From positions 46,502,001-46,566,000 of the forward strand of contig NC_086108.1 in NCBI RefSeq assembly GCF_963921235.1: DNA of 64,000 nucleotides, given 5' to 3'. The translations under genes and the position numbers were made by a program. The notes beneath the pieces are model-generated. The model did not search any database. It worked only from the letters and a program-made list of their open reading frames with translations, and was not told the origin of the DNA. Position 1 is the stretch's first letter, and each line of letters begins with the position of its first letter. Positions 12,631 to 24,762 of this stretch are shown here, in pieces. The DNA comes from Mobula hypostoma (Eukaryota).

Positions 12631-14395
12631 GGATGAGTGATCCCAACAGAACATGTTCACCTTAAGGAATTTGTCTGTCCACATGATTCAGAAGCAGTGG
12701 GAAACCTCTGACCATCTGCTCACCACTCTCTTTCAACTCTCCGTCACCATACAGCAACCCTGCAACAGTCAGCCTCCCCCATCTGTGCCCAGACTCCAGT
12801 ATCCAAATGCTCTGACAGATCCCCAACCCGTTGGCTGCAGCCTTCCGTCCCAATGCACCTTCTATTTCGAGCTTGAGCCTTCTCGGTATGTAATGGACCG
12901 AGCCCAGATTGCCTTCATCATCTCTCTTGACTGGGCAAGCTCTGAAATGGGCCACTTCTAAATGGGACAATAAACCCACCAGCTGCAATAACTGAGAATT
13001 TTCTGCTGAGGAGCACTGGGTTTTCACCCATCCACAATGGAAGTGGGGCAGTGGACTGGATAGATTGCCTTTGTCAATGTTCATGCTCAGTGTGGGATTA
13101 CACCGTGGAATTCAGGACACTTGGGCAGAGAGCAGCTGGAATGCAGAAGTGCTGCTGGCCCAGTACCATTACAGCCTCTACGATTGCTTCAAAGACAAGC
13201 TGTCTTCCCAGGAGACACCCACCAACCTCGAAATCCTCATCACTCTGGCCCTCTGTGTTGACAACTGTCTTATGGAATGACCTAGATTACCAGCAAGCAT
13301 TCCAGTTCTGTTCCCACTACCATTTCAGTTTGCAGGACCCGCTTCATCAATGCCTCCAGATCCCATGCAGTTAAGGAGAGCTCTCTTAACCACCCCCTCC
13401 CTCCACAAGAGCATGAGCGTTGGTAGAGAAACAACGTGTATTTACTGCAGATCTGCTGATCACTCGTGCATCAAATACCCACTGCACCCGGAAAAACAAC
13501 ATCACCAGATAGAGATGAGGGGCTTTCTATCTGGTAAGCTCCATCCAGCTTCTCATTCCAGCACCATAACCCAACTCACTCTCTTTACCCTCCCCGACAC
13601 CCCGAGGACTCTACACAAACAGGAGATTCTGGTGGATTCTGGGGCACAGGTAACTTTCTGGACCGGACGCTGTGTGTAGCTTGGACACCCTATCAAGCCC
13701 ACTTCTTGTCCCTTCTGCATCACGGCCATTGGCAGATGCCCCTGGGGTCTGAGATGGTCAGAGTGCACCCACAGCCTGTGCACATGCGCATCAGAGAGTG
13801 CTCTGAGTCCATCCAATTCCTCCTGATTGACTCACCCAACACTTCTCCCACCTTGGGTTAGCCCCGGCTCTGCTCTCACGAACTTCACCTAGCCTGGTCA
13901 TCTAGCTCACTGCGTAGGATTCTACCTGCAACTTCAGTTGACCTCACTCTGTTAAATCCATGGAGATGGAGGAAGCCTTCAACCTCACCAAACTCCCAAG
14001 GAACACCAATGCCTTCAATAAAGGTCCTCACAGACCACAACTGCACAATCAACCTCCTCCTGGGCACCTTCCTTCCCCAAAGCCGTCTGTTCTCCCTTTC
14101 TCCTCAAGATTCAAACCATGAATGACTACATTCTGAGGTAATGCCGCATGGCTTCATTTGACCATCCCAGTTCACAGCCAGTACAGGATTCTTTGTCAAA
14201 AAGAAATATGAGGGTCTCCACCCCAGCATTGGCTACCAAGGACTTAACTAAATCCACTAAGAACCGTTACCCTCACCCCTCAATAGATAGTGCATTCGAA
14301 ACGCTTGTAGAGTACAGATCTTCACCAAACTGATCAATGGAGTTCATACAACCTGATCTGCCTCCACCAGGGGGGATGAGTGGAAGGCGGTGTAT

Positions 14396-14566
14396 GGGGT
14401 GTCAGGGAGGGGTAGCTTCTCTGGTGGGGGAACATGTTGCGTCCTTTTCAGGGTGGTTTGCCCACCTTTGGTCCCCACCTGGCACTCCCCGTAGCTGTTT
14501 GCATGCGACAGCGGCCACACCCCGGGCAACGGCTTCGACAAGCCGGCTAAACCAGCTGAGGGTAGC
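14396..14566 (+). ncRNA. Candidate HDV-like self-cleaving ribozyme at the RTE 5' end (P2 looks damaged)
   Basis: P1 GGGGUGU (14396-14402) pairs with ACACCCC (14517-14523). Then GGG, a P4 hairpin CGGCUU-cgac-AAGCCG, and J4/2 GCUAA (C14547). P3 UGGC/GCCA is possible. Confidence 0.6.
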
Positions 14567-17500
14567 CGACGGGTCTCAAACCCTCGGTGAGATAGGGAGT
14601 TGTCTATCCCAGCATGTGATGACAGACTCCGGCGGATTGAGCAGACAAGACCAATGGAAGGTCCAACGATCAAGAAGGCGGTCTCTGCGAGCGTGTTGGA
14701 ACGTGTAAGAGTACGACAAGACACAGAAGATGTCCTGGTCATCCACTGCACTTAGTCCCATCTTCAGCCATCTCGACCCTTGTTTTCCCAGTGGATCCAG
14801 ATGGGAATTGGGAAGAGAGAGTGAGGCTGACGCTGCACAACTCTCCCTCACTTAAATCCAAATCAAGCACTAGTCTCCACACCATCATCATCAGCACCAC
14901 CCTCAACCTTTGAAGTCCTGTGCCGATAGGGGAGCGACGAAGCAGCAGGTGTGGATACACTGGAAGCTGTAGTCACGGACCTGCACATAGGCGGCTCGGG
15001 TCTAATGGTGGCTTTTCGCTGACTGAAGCAGCAGTGAAACCTGGCGTCCAGCTGGGCGACTGAGCAGCCCTCTTCAGGAATGCACTGCTCATCTCTGTAG
15101 AATGAGGAAGGGGCTAGAAAAGGTGCCCTGAACATTGCCTGCCTCATTACACCCTGGCCAGTTTACCACGGCTGGCGGGGATTCTATCTTGGCAGTCGAA
15201 CAAACACAACAAAAGGCAAAGTGACACCGCTCACCACAGGCACTTGGAAGGTGCGCACACTATTGGACACCCCACAGCAAACAGACGGGAGAGAAGAACA
15301 GCCTTAGTTGCCAGAGAGCTTGCAAGATACAACGTTGACATTGCAGCCCTGAGTGAGTCTCGTCTTGCCAACGAAGGTCAGCTGACTGAAACTGGAGATG
15401 AATGCACTTCCAGCGATGAGCGTCATGATGCTGGAGTTGGATTCGCCGTCAGGAGTCACCTTGTTCGGAAATTTGCCAGTCTCTCCAAGGGTGTGAACGA
15501 CCGGCTCATGACACTACAGCTTCCGCTACAGAACAGAAGTCAAGCCACCCTGATCAGCGACTATGCCCCCACAATGACTAACCCGGATGAGACGAAAGAC
15601 AGGTTCCATGAAGAGCTAGACGCCCTACTATCAGCAGTGAGCAGCACCGACAAGCTGATCTTGCTCTGCGACTTCAATGCAAGAGTAGGGTGCGACTCTG
15701 CAGCCTGGCAGGGAGTCATTGGGAGTCATGGAGTGGGCAAATATAACAGTAACGGTCTACTCTTACTGAAGATCTGTACAGCACACGACCTCCTCATCAC
15801 CAACATAACTTTCTGCCTACCTACCCATAAGAAGTCCTCCTGGATGCACCCCCACTCTAAGCATTGGCACCTTATCGACTATGCCATTGTTAGGAGAAAA
15901 GACAGGCAGGATATCAGCTTGACCAAGACCATGTGTAGTGCTGACTGCTGGAAGATCACAGGCTCTGTCTCCAAAATGAAGCTCCGCATCAGACCCAAGA
16001 GGCGACCACAAGGAAGCAAGGCTATGAAAAGAATTAATGTGGCCAGGCTGAAGAACCCAGCATAGCTTCAGCACTAGCTGAAGACTTAGAAACCAAGCTT
16101 GCTGACCTACACCTTGCAGGCAGCGCTGTGGGCAACTGGGAACGCTTCAGGGATGCTGTCCATTCATCAGCACTGAAGATGCTAGGGCTCTCTACCCGCA
16201 AGCAGCATGACTGGTTCGATGAGAATGATGAGGAGACACAGGCTCTACTTGTTGAAAAGCACCGCCTTCATCGTGCCCATCAGAACGACCCATCATCAGC
16301 TGCCAAGATAAACGCCTTTACCAGTGCTCGCAGGACAGTCCAGAATAAACTGCGTAAAATGCAAGATACCTGGCTGAGCACCAAGGCAGATTAAATACAG
16401 GGATATGCTGGCAGAAATGACTTGAAACGATTCTATGAAGCCATCAACACTCTCTACGGACCTCAGTCTCTCGGGAGCTCCCCCCTCCTGAATATAGATG
16501 GTACAACACTCATTACAGAGAAGCTCAGATCCTACAGAGATGGGCTGAACACTTTGAAGCCGTCCTCAACCGACCTTCATCTATTAACGATGAGGCGATA
16601 GACAGGATTCTCCAGGTCGACATCAACAGCGCCATGGATGACCCACCGGTAGTAGCTGAAGTCACAAAAGCTGTCACCCAACTATCCAGTGGCAAAGCCC
16701 CAGGGGCAGACGCCATACCAGTAGAAATCTACAAAGCCGGTGGTCCCATACTTAGAGAAGCTCACCGAGTTGTTCCAGTCTTTTTGGAAGCAAAGATCCA
16801 TTCCTCAGGAACTTAAAGATGCATCCATTGTACACCTCTACAAGAGGAAGGGCAATCGACAAGTATGTGACAACCACTGAGGAATCTCGCTGCTCTCCAT
16901 CGCAGGAAAAACCCTTGCATGAGTCCTGTTAAATTGTCTGGTCACTCATCTGGAGCTGGGCCTGCTGCCAGAGTCACAGTGTGGCTTTCACAAAGGTCGT
17001 GGGATTATTGACATGACTTTTGATCACGCGCCAACTTCAGGAGAAGTGTCAGGAGCAGAATCGCGAACTCTACGCAACTTTTGTTGACCTCACGAAAGCC
17101 TTCGACACTGTCTGCCGACAAGGCCCGTAGAGGATCATGTCAAAGTTCGGCTGCCCCGCCAAATTCATTCAGATGGTAAGTCAGTTCTATGATGGCCAGA
17201 GTGCTGGGCGGCGGAGAATCCTCTGAGGCATACCCAGTCTCCAATGGCATCAAACAGGGCTGTGAGCTCGCACCCACACTGTTCAGCATGATGTTTTCTG
17301 CCATGTTGAATGATGCCTTCCAGGACAGTGATGCTGGAATCAGCCTCAAGTACGGAGTGGATGGGAAGCCCTTCAACCTGAGGAGACTTCAAGCTATTCC
17401 CAAAGTGAAGGAGACTGTTCTGTTACCAAAGTGAAGGAGACTGTTCTGAGAGACTTCCTCTTTGCCGATGACTGCGCCCTGTATGCTGGCTCAGAGCAAG

Positions 17501-18450
17501 AGATACAAGTCAATATGGACAAACTCTCCGCGGCTTGTGACAACTTTGGACTCACCATCAACATCAAGAAGACCGAAGTCATGCACCAGCCTGCCCCTCA
17601 TGCACAGTACACAGAACCGAAAATCACAATCAGAACTACAGGCAGTGGACCAGTTTACTTACCTTGGCAGCACCCTCTCACGCGCAGTGACTATTGATAC
17701 AGAAGTTAACTGCAGAATAGCAAAGGCAAGTTGTGCTATCGGTAGACTGCGCTCCACTGTATGGGAAGGTCGAGGAATCAGTCCAACAACAAAACTGAAG
17801 GTCTACAGAGCCGTGGTACTCACTACCCTCCTGTATGCCTGTGAAATGTGGACTGTGTATCGACGGCATGCAAGACAGCGCAACCATTTCCACATGACTG
17901 GTCTTTGCAGAATATTAGACATCAGATGGCAAGACAAAGTACCAGACACTGAAGTTCTCTCTAGAGCAAGTCTACCATCAGTCCACACACTGCTGATGAG
18001 AGCACAGACCAGCTGGGCAGGTCATGTCATCCGCATGCCGGACGAGCGCATACCCAAGCAGCTCCGTTTTGGGGAACTCTCTGCTGGAAGACGCTCGCAT
18101 GGAGGGCAGAAGAAATGTTACAAACACACTAAAGGCCTCCCTGAAGTCGCTTGACGTAGACACAACCTCCTGGGAAACGCTGGCACAAAACCGCCCTACC
18201 CGGCGCAGCCTCATCCACAAGGGCTGTCAAGCTTACGAAGCAAGGCGCATTGCTGAAACACAACATAAGCGCGAGCTGCGCAAGTCCAGAGCCACCAGCA
18301 CAACAACTGCAGTGCCTACACATGTCTGCCCGACATCTGCCAGGACATTCCTTACCCGAATTGGCCTGACCAGTTCATCTTCAGACACACCGCATCCAGT
18401 CTCAAAGTGACTAATGGTGTCGAGGTCTTCATCGACGACGATGGACGAAC
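14396..18450 (+). mobile_element. Full-length RTE-clade LINE (long 5' UTR, APE endonuclease, RT, C-terminal zinc finger remnant), frameshifted
   Basis: Motifs GTWKVRTLLD, ELARYNVDIAALSESR, CDFNARVG, WHLIDY, KQGCELAPTLFS, FLFADDCAL, HVCPT..TRIGL. Candidate TSD tgtat/tggat. Removing the element restores Gypsy RT GDEWKAVYTAPTGYYEYL in frame. 23-bp tandem duplication near 17399-17447. Confidence 0.93.
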
Positions 18451-19352
18451 TGGATACAGCACCCACTGGCTATTATGAATACTTGCTTTTTGGACTTTCC
18501 AACAGTCTAGCCATTTTTCAAACCTTCATTATCAAGATCCAAGGCATGCTACACAGGTATGTGGCTGTCTACCACAACAATATCCTCATTTTCTCCAAGG
18601 GCCCCCGAGACCACGTCTGTCACGTCCGTTCAGTCCTTCAGCACCTTCTCGAAAACCAACAGTACTGCAAGTTAAAAGGATAACAGTCCACACCCCGGTC
18701 ATTTCCTTCCTGGAGTAGATTCTTTCACCCCAAGGCGTAGACCCAGGGAAAGTGTACGCCATCATTGAATGGTCCCAACCATGCCCCCTCAAAGTGTTCC
18801 TTGGGCTTCTCCAACTTGTACTGCTGACTCATCCAGGCCAACTGTTGGTGACATCCAGCCAGACTACTCTGACCTGGGGGTCACGCCTTGCCATCCACCC
18901 AAGATTGAAGCCGCCCCTACCCCCCCCTCCCACCCCTGCCATTCACTGGCTCCTGCTCTGGTTCATGATTACCCATATTCCCTTCAAAATTTCCCATTGC
19001 ATCAATCCTGTTATCTGCCATCTCCATTTGCCACCATCCCTCAGGTTCACAATGTACCTTCCTTGTGTCTTGCCTCAAGCCCGTTGTCCATGGATCACTC
19101 AACCTACCTGAGCCCGTACCTCCAGGACCTCGGATGGTGGAAGGTGGTCCAACATACATGGTTCACTGGTTGATAGATTCACTTCATCAAGGATGGGGTT
19201 TACAGTACCTGGTCAATTGGAAAGGGTACAGCCCAGAGGAGAGATCTTGGGTGACATCTAGTTTCATCTTGGATCCAATACTCAGAGGAATTCCACCAGA
19301 TTGATCAGGCACACCATGGTCTGTCAGGTGCCAGCTGTATGAGAGGCAATCC

Positions 19353-19572
19353 TGTCAGGCCTGCATTGGCAGGTAGCTCCCAGTCTCCACCCAGCTAACA
19401 GGAGTCACCTCCCACATGTTTCCATCTCATCACCTGCAGCCTATTTAAACCCAGCTCTCATCCACAGTCCTTGTTCACTCATTGAACCGGCATTTGATAT
19501 TGTCTTGTGGCCCCTTGTGGCTTATTGCTGTTGCTCTTCCTTTGGGCCTAGACTCATTTAAGTTTTCTGACA
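19353..19572 (+). repeat. 3' LTR of the Gypsy element (shorter, diverged)
   Basis: Homologous to 12310-12630, ends TGACA, followed by TSD ggaac. Confidence 0.9.
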
Positions 19573-19798
19573 GGAACCTTCATATCAACTATAAAGGTAT
19601 TGGTCAGTAGCCATCATATAATTTAGTGAGTTTATACAAAATGTTTTCTGATCATGAAGTCCATGATGTGAATTAGCCTCACAATGCTTGAATTGGTGAG
19701 CATATAGAGGAAAAACAAAATCCATTGCTATAGAGGAATTATAATACATATAATGCTCTGAAGTAACAACTGAGGCAGCTTATCAGCTTTATGGACTC

Positions 19799-20470
19799 CT
19801 TTCTTTTTAAATCTTTTTATTAAATTAGTGCACAAAAGGTAAACCATGTAGACACTAATACACTGTTGCAATATAAATTTGCAAGAGATATTGATACACA
19901 AAAAAGTTAGTACAAACAATGCAGTTTAGATATAAAATAACAAGGTAATATAATAGTATACTAATTTTCCATACATATCAATAAAGAGAAGAAAAAACCC
20001 CAAACCCCCCCCCAAAAAAAACCCACCGTGCAACTAATCTAAAAAGCAAAGCAAAGCAATGGGCTAACTAGGTATCAAGTAGACTTAAACAACTTAAAAC
20101 AATCACATCCTCAAACCCGACCTCCATTAAAAACAGTTAAAAAAGCAAGAAGGGAATGTAAATATGGGCAAAGAGAAAAAAAAATTACATTAAATGAAAA
20201 TGTTGAATAAAAGATCTCCAAGTCTGTTCAAATTTAACTGAAGTATCATAAAGATTACTTCTGATTTTCTCCAAATTTAAACATAATATCGTCTGAGAAA
20301 ACCAAAAGAATGTAGTTGGGGCATTAATCTCCTTCCAATGTTGTAAAATGCATCTTTTCACCATTAAAGTAAGAAATGCAATCATTCTACGGGCTGAAGG
20401 GGAAAGATTACTGGAAATTTTAGGTAATCCAAAGATAGCAGTAATAGGATGGGGAGAAATATCTATATTC
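19799..20470 (-). mobile_element. 5'-truncated L1-clade LINE (ORF2 C-terminus, 3' UTR, A-rich tail)
   Basis: IAFLTLMVKRCILQHWK..W..LNLEKIR..FEQTWRSFI. AATAAA at 19821-19816 followed by an A-rich tail on the minus strand. Confidence 0.8.
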
Positions 20471-20564
20471 CTAACACATTATGAATGACCTCTTGAGAAA
20501 ATATGCAGCTGACCAATAGCTGCTTGCACAATAATCAGTGACTTTAGAAGAAAGTAAAAGAGAA

Positions 20565-20962
20565 GGAGGCTAGGAGCAGCTAGTTGAGGCTGGCTGGTTC
20601 AAAAAGTGAACAAGTGCTGTGGATGAGAGCTGGGTTTAAATAGGCTGCAGGTGATGAGTTGGAAACGAGTGGCAGGCAGTTCCTATTAGCTGGGTGGAGA
20701 TTGGGAGGCGCCTACCTGTGCAGGCCTGACAGTTCCTGCTTCTGAGTCAATCACTATCAGATTTATAACTGCATGCATGTTTTGTTTCTGATTAACTAAT
20801 ACTTATTCACTCTACAATTTATTTCTGGTAGCAGATTAAGAAACACTATTAATGTACAACTGAAGAGAAAATGTGAAAACAGTAGCTTTAAATATATTAT
20901 TTTTGAACACCCAGTATATTTAAAAAGGAACTTGGATTATCTAGTACTTTTCATGGTCACAG
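20565..20962 (-). repeat. Inverted duplicate of ~12075-12475 (unique flank + TSD + first half of the 5' LTR)
   Basis: For example gcaggcctgacagttcctgc..tcactatcagatttataactgcatgcatgttttgtttctgattaactaatactta is the reverse complement of ~12236-12322. Confidence 0.92.
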
Positions 20963-20969
20963 TGATCAC

Positions 20970-21508
20970 TGTGAACAGGTTTGGGCCCCTTATCTTAGAA
21001 AATGTGCTGAAACTGGAGAGGATTCAAAAAAAGGTTCACAAAAATGATTTCAGATTGAATGGCTTTTTATATGAAGAGCATTTGATGACTCTGGGCCTGT
21101 ATTCACTAGAATTCAGAAGAATGAGAGGTGACCTCATTGAAACCTATTGAATGGTGAAAGGCCTTGATAGAGTCGATGTTGAGAAGATGTTTCCTATGGT
21201 GGGAGAGTCTATGACCAGAAGACAGTCTCAAAATAGAGGGGCATCCTTTTAGAACAGATGAGGAGAAATTTCTTTAGCCAGAGAGTGGTGAATCTGTAGA
21301 ATTCTTTGCGACAGGCAGCTCTGGAAGCCAAGTTTTTATGCATATTTAAGACAGAAGTTGATAGATACTTGATTGGTCAGGGCATGAGGAAATATAGGGA
21401 GAAAGCAGGAGATTGGGGCTGAGAAGAAAATTGGATCAGGCATGTTGAAATGGCAGAGCAGACTAGATAGTCCAAATGACCTAATTCTGCTCCTATATCT
21501 TATGGTCT
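20970..21508 (+). mobile_element. 5'-truncated CR1 3' fragment
   Basis: LERIQ..LGLYSLEFRRMRGDLIETY, ending in the tail ctaattctgctcctatatcttatggtct. Confidence 0.88.
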
Positions 21509-21559
21509 AGGAAATACTGTCCTCATGTTTCATAAATCAATGACTTCATACTTTGATAC

Positions 21560-21745
21560 CTTCACAAGTGGGGACTTCTGCTGTCCACTGACGAGAGGCT
21601 TCACACTGAAGATTGTTAGATCCATTTACTGCAAACCCTTCAATGCAGCTGAACACACATGTCGAGTTGTAACTGAAATCTCCATATATATTTTTGCAGT
21701 CCATGTTACCTCGCTCAGGAATTTTCAGTGGTGTACATTGAACAG
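21560..21745 (-). CDS. Selectin sushi/CCP exon 5 (AVQCTPLKIPERGNMDCKNIYGDFSYNSTCVFSCIEGFAVNGSNNLQCEASRQWTAEVPTCE)
   Basis: Translated by hand. 186 bp, acceptor ttttag, donor AAG|gtatca. Confidence 0.95.
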
Positions 21746-21914
21746 CTAAAACATGAAATCACACTTGTAAAACATTTAAGTGTAGTCCATCAACATTTTT
21801 AACCAGCATTATCATCAAAATGGCTTATGATTTAAATCAGTGATAAAAGGGCATTGATTTTTAAATTAATCAAACTAACTGAGCAACATTGACTGGAATG
21901 ATTTTTGGTTGAAT

Positions 21915-22006
21915 TCCAGGGGGTGGGAAGCGCAGAATCAAATATCGCTGTGATGATTGTACGTTCCTGGTATCAATTGTTTGGCGACAATAAAGTATAA
22001 AGTATA
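21915..22006 (+). mobile_element. Short LINE 3' end remnant
   Basis: Ends caataaagtataaagtata (polyA signal plus tandem tail). Family not assigned. Confidence 0.5.
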
Positions 22007-22997
22007 CTCTGTGATGAGTTAATCCTTTAATCCTAGCTCAGTGTCATTTGAACTATTACAATTGTTGTCAGTAATTCTAAACTAAACAGAAATAAAATCA
22101 GCTATGATTCCCATTCTGATTTACTATTTAAAAGCATATGTTGAGAACAGCTTCTATGGACAGAACAGGGAGGATAGGGTTGCCATTTTTGTGTCTGTTC
22201 AGGACGTAGGTGGTGATATCAGAGGGCTAGCCTCACAATAGAACCATATCCCAGGAGATAGGGGGGCCTAATGGAAAAGCATTTTTGGAGACAAATCCTA
22301 ACTAATTTACAGGAATTGATCAAAATATTTGACCTCTCAAAATCTGTTTGGAGCAAAGATAAAAATGAATTATTGACATATTTGACCAAAGCATCATTCA
22401 CCAAAGCATGTCATTTTAAAGCTTGAAGACTTTAAAATCTAGTGAATTTATAATTTGACAAAGTGTTATATGAAAATACAATTTCTGAATAGTTTTTAAA
22501 TAGAGATTCTGCTTTCACTTTTAAAGGTACATGGTCCATTAGAACTAAATTAAAGAACTTGGAAGGCTGGTTTTTTTTAAAAAATATTGTGGTGAGCATT
22601 TGGTCCATAATGACAGACGATGAAGCTTGTTAAACTCAGTCGTTTATTGCGATAAACACAAAAAACAGACTGGGCACCATAACCTGGGTAGAGAACTCTC
22701 TCAGTCACATACAGACAGGAGAGGTGACCATCACACACCCCAGTTACAGTCATGGTGACCCACAAATAAACAAGTGAATAAATGTATAACCCAAGCAAAA
22801 ATGAAACAATAAATGAACTTGAACTTCCTACCATAATCCCGCAAAAGCATTTTATCACCGGAACAATAAGCGGTACTAGTCATTAGAAATACAGGGGTGG
22901 GCTGTCAACCACGCTGTCAATATCCTACATTATCTTCTGTAATTTCCTCTCCAATTTCTTGCAGCAAAACTTTCAGGTAAAGACAATTTCCATGATC

Positions 22998-23385
22998 ATG
23001 TTCAAAGGTTCATTTTAATTGTCAAAGTATGCATATACAATATAACTCTGATATTCATCTTCCCCAGAAAGCCATGAAATACAGATAAACCATGGGAGCT
23101 GTTGAAAGAAAAGATGTCAACTCCCTCCCCCACCCCCTCCCTCGCACCAAAAACTAACAGATCGCCCACTTGGAAAGTGACAGCTGGAACATCAAAAACC
23201 CCAAACCCCCAACCCCTTCCCTCACAAAAAAAAAGTGACCATAACAGCAAACACCCTACCCAACAAGAACATTAGACCCCAACTCCTCGCACAAAAAGTA
23301 ATATATTGCCCAGCCGCCAATCAGCAATAGAAAGAAAACACAGAAAGCTAAAGGAGACCAATATAAAGTACAGTTCAATATCATT
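22998..23385 (-). mobile_element. Probable LINE/SINE 3' remnant
   Basis: On the minus strand it ends in a ...ttgacaattaaaatgaacctttgaac tail like the other LINE tails here. No coding motif recognised. Confidence 0.45.
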
Positions 23386-23437
23386 AACAACTAACAAATG
23401 TGATAGTAGAGTAGAAACATTCAGTTACTTAGCATAC

Positions 23438-23623
23438 CTTTACAGACGGGTATCTCTGACGTCCACTGCCCAGAAACTTCACACTTCAGTCTGTCTGACC
23501 CCTGTAAGGTAAATCCATCCTCACAGAGAAAGTCACATACTGAGCCATAACTGAAACTTCCAAAGGGGTCTGAGCAATTCATGGAGAGATTAGGAAGGCC
23601 CTTCAGTTCATTGCATTTCACCG
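23438..23623 (-). CDS. Selectin sushi/CCP exon 4 (AVKCNELKGLPNLSMNCSDPFGSFSYGSVCDFLCEDGFTLQGSDRLKCEVSGQWTSEIPVCK)
   Basis: 186 bp, acceptor ttgcag, donor AAG|gtatgc. Confidence 0.95.
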
Positions 23624-23763
23624 CTGCAATGAAGAAGGACTGAGAGGTTATTTTGTGTTACACATGTCAATCATTTTTCTTAAGCTTAGATTGTATGTAA
23701 AAACAAGGAATGCAATTTAGTTGAATCTGTGTATGTTTGTGAGGTCAGAGGTCATGATTAAAC

Positions 23764-24735
23764 AGCAACACAGACAAAATATTGGAGGAAGTCAGCAAAT
23801 CAGGCAGCATCTATGAAGGGGAACAAACTATCAATGTTATAGGCTGAGACCTTTCTGCAAGACTGGAAAGGAAGGGAGCAGAAGCCAGGAATTTTAAAAA
23901 GTGCGGGCAGGGAAAAGAGTACAAACTAGCAGGAGATGAGTAGGCAGGTGGGTGAAGTAAGAAACTGGGAGGTGATGTAGAAAAGGTAAAGGGCTGAAAA
24001 AGAAGGAATCTGATAGAAGAGGAGAGTGAACCATGGAAAAAAGGAAAGGAGGACAGGAAGAGGAAGGTGATAAGCAGGTGAGGAGAAGGGTGAGAGAGGA
24101 ACCAGAAAAAAGAGAGAGTAGGAAGAGGGAGGAGGAATTACTAGAAGCTATTTTCATGCCATCGGGTTGAAGGATACCCAGATGGAATATGTGGTTTTAC
24201 TCCTCTAACCTGCATTTGTGGCAGTAGTGGAAGCATGGACCGACATATTGGAATGGAAATGAGAAGTCCAATTGAAATGGGTGGTGGATGGAGAGCAGGC
24301 GCTTGTAAAAGTGGTCCCCCAATCCCCATTGGATTTCACCGATGTAGAGGAGTCCACGCTGGGAGCACTGGATTCAGTAAATGACCCCAACAGGCTGCAG
24401 GGGAAGTGTTCACTCACCTGGATGGACTGTTTGGGGTCCTGAATGATGGTGAGGGAGGAGGGAGGAGGTGTAGGGGAAGCTGTAGCATTTGTCACAGTTT
24501 CAGGGGAAAGTGCCAGATCAGTGAGGAGGGATGTGTGAACACGAGAGTCATAAACAAAGCAGAAAGTGGAGAGTTGGGAGGGGGGTTGGTGGGGAAGGAA
24601 AGATGTGCTCTGTGGTAGTGATTAAGTGTTGACATTTTACCCCCCTCCATAACTGCTGCCTTACTTGCTGAGTTCCTCCAGCATTTTCTGTGTGCTGCTC
24701 AAGAATTCCAACATCTGCAGAATCTCTTGCGTTTA
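23764..24735 (-). mobile_element. Penelope-like element fragment (GIY-YIG endonuclease remnant) with an inverted terminal repeat
   Basis: Minus-strand SSLTIIQDPKQSIQVSEHF..HFNWTSHFHSNMSVH. The terminal motif (atgctgcctg..tgctgagttcctccagcatttt) is on the minus strand at 23764-23870 and on the plus strand at 24625-24735. Confidence 0.8.
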
Positions 24736-24762
24736 TAAATAAACTACATTACCACAGAGGAG

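Larger units (their letters stand above)
12310..19572 (+). mobile_element. Gypsy chromovirus (sushi-ichi/PEG10-like) LTR retrotransposon, degraded, interrupted by an RTE
   Basis: LTRs TGTCA...TGACA at 12310-12630 and 19353-19572. 5-bp TSD ggaac at 12305-12309 and 19573-19577. Gag PDPMQL and CIYCRSADH knuckle, protease ILVDSGA, RT GDEWK/PTGYYEYL/YHNNILIFS, chromodomain QYLVNWKGYSPEERSW. Confidence 0.93.

Noticed and set aside
13065..13679. Domesticated PEG10/RTL1-like gene
   Set aside because: Multiple frameshifts and stops, and it lies between LTRs with a TSD: a decayed retrotransposon.
22588..22865. Possible second solo LTR (TGT...ACA)
   Set aside because: Terminal inverted repeat and TSD are too weak to support the call.
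23826..23865. Penelope-associated hammerhead ribozyme (also near 1883-1922)
   Set aside because: The position fits, but the CUGANGA and GAAA cores are mutated in both copies, so they cannot be called functional.
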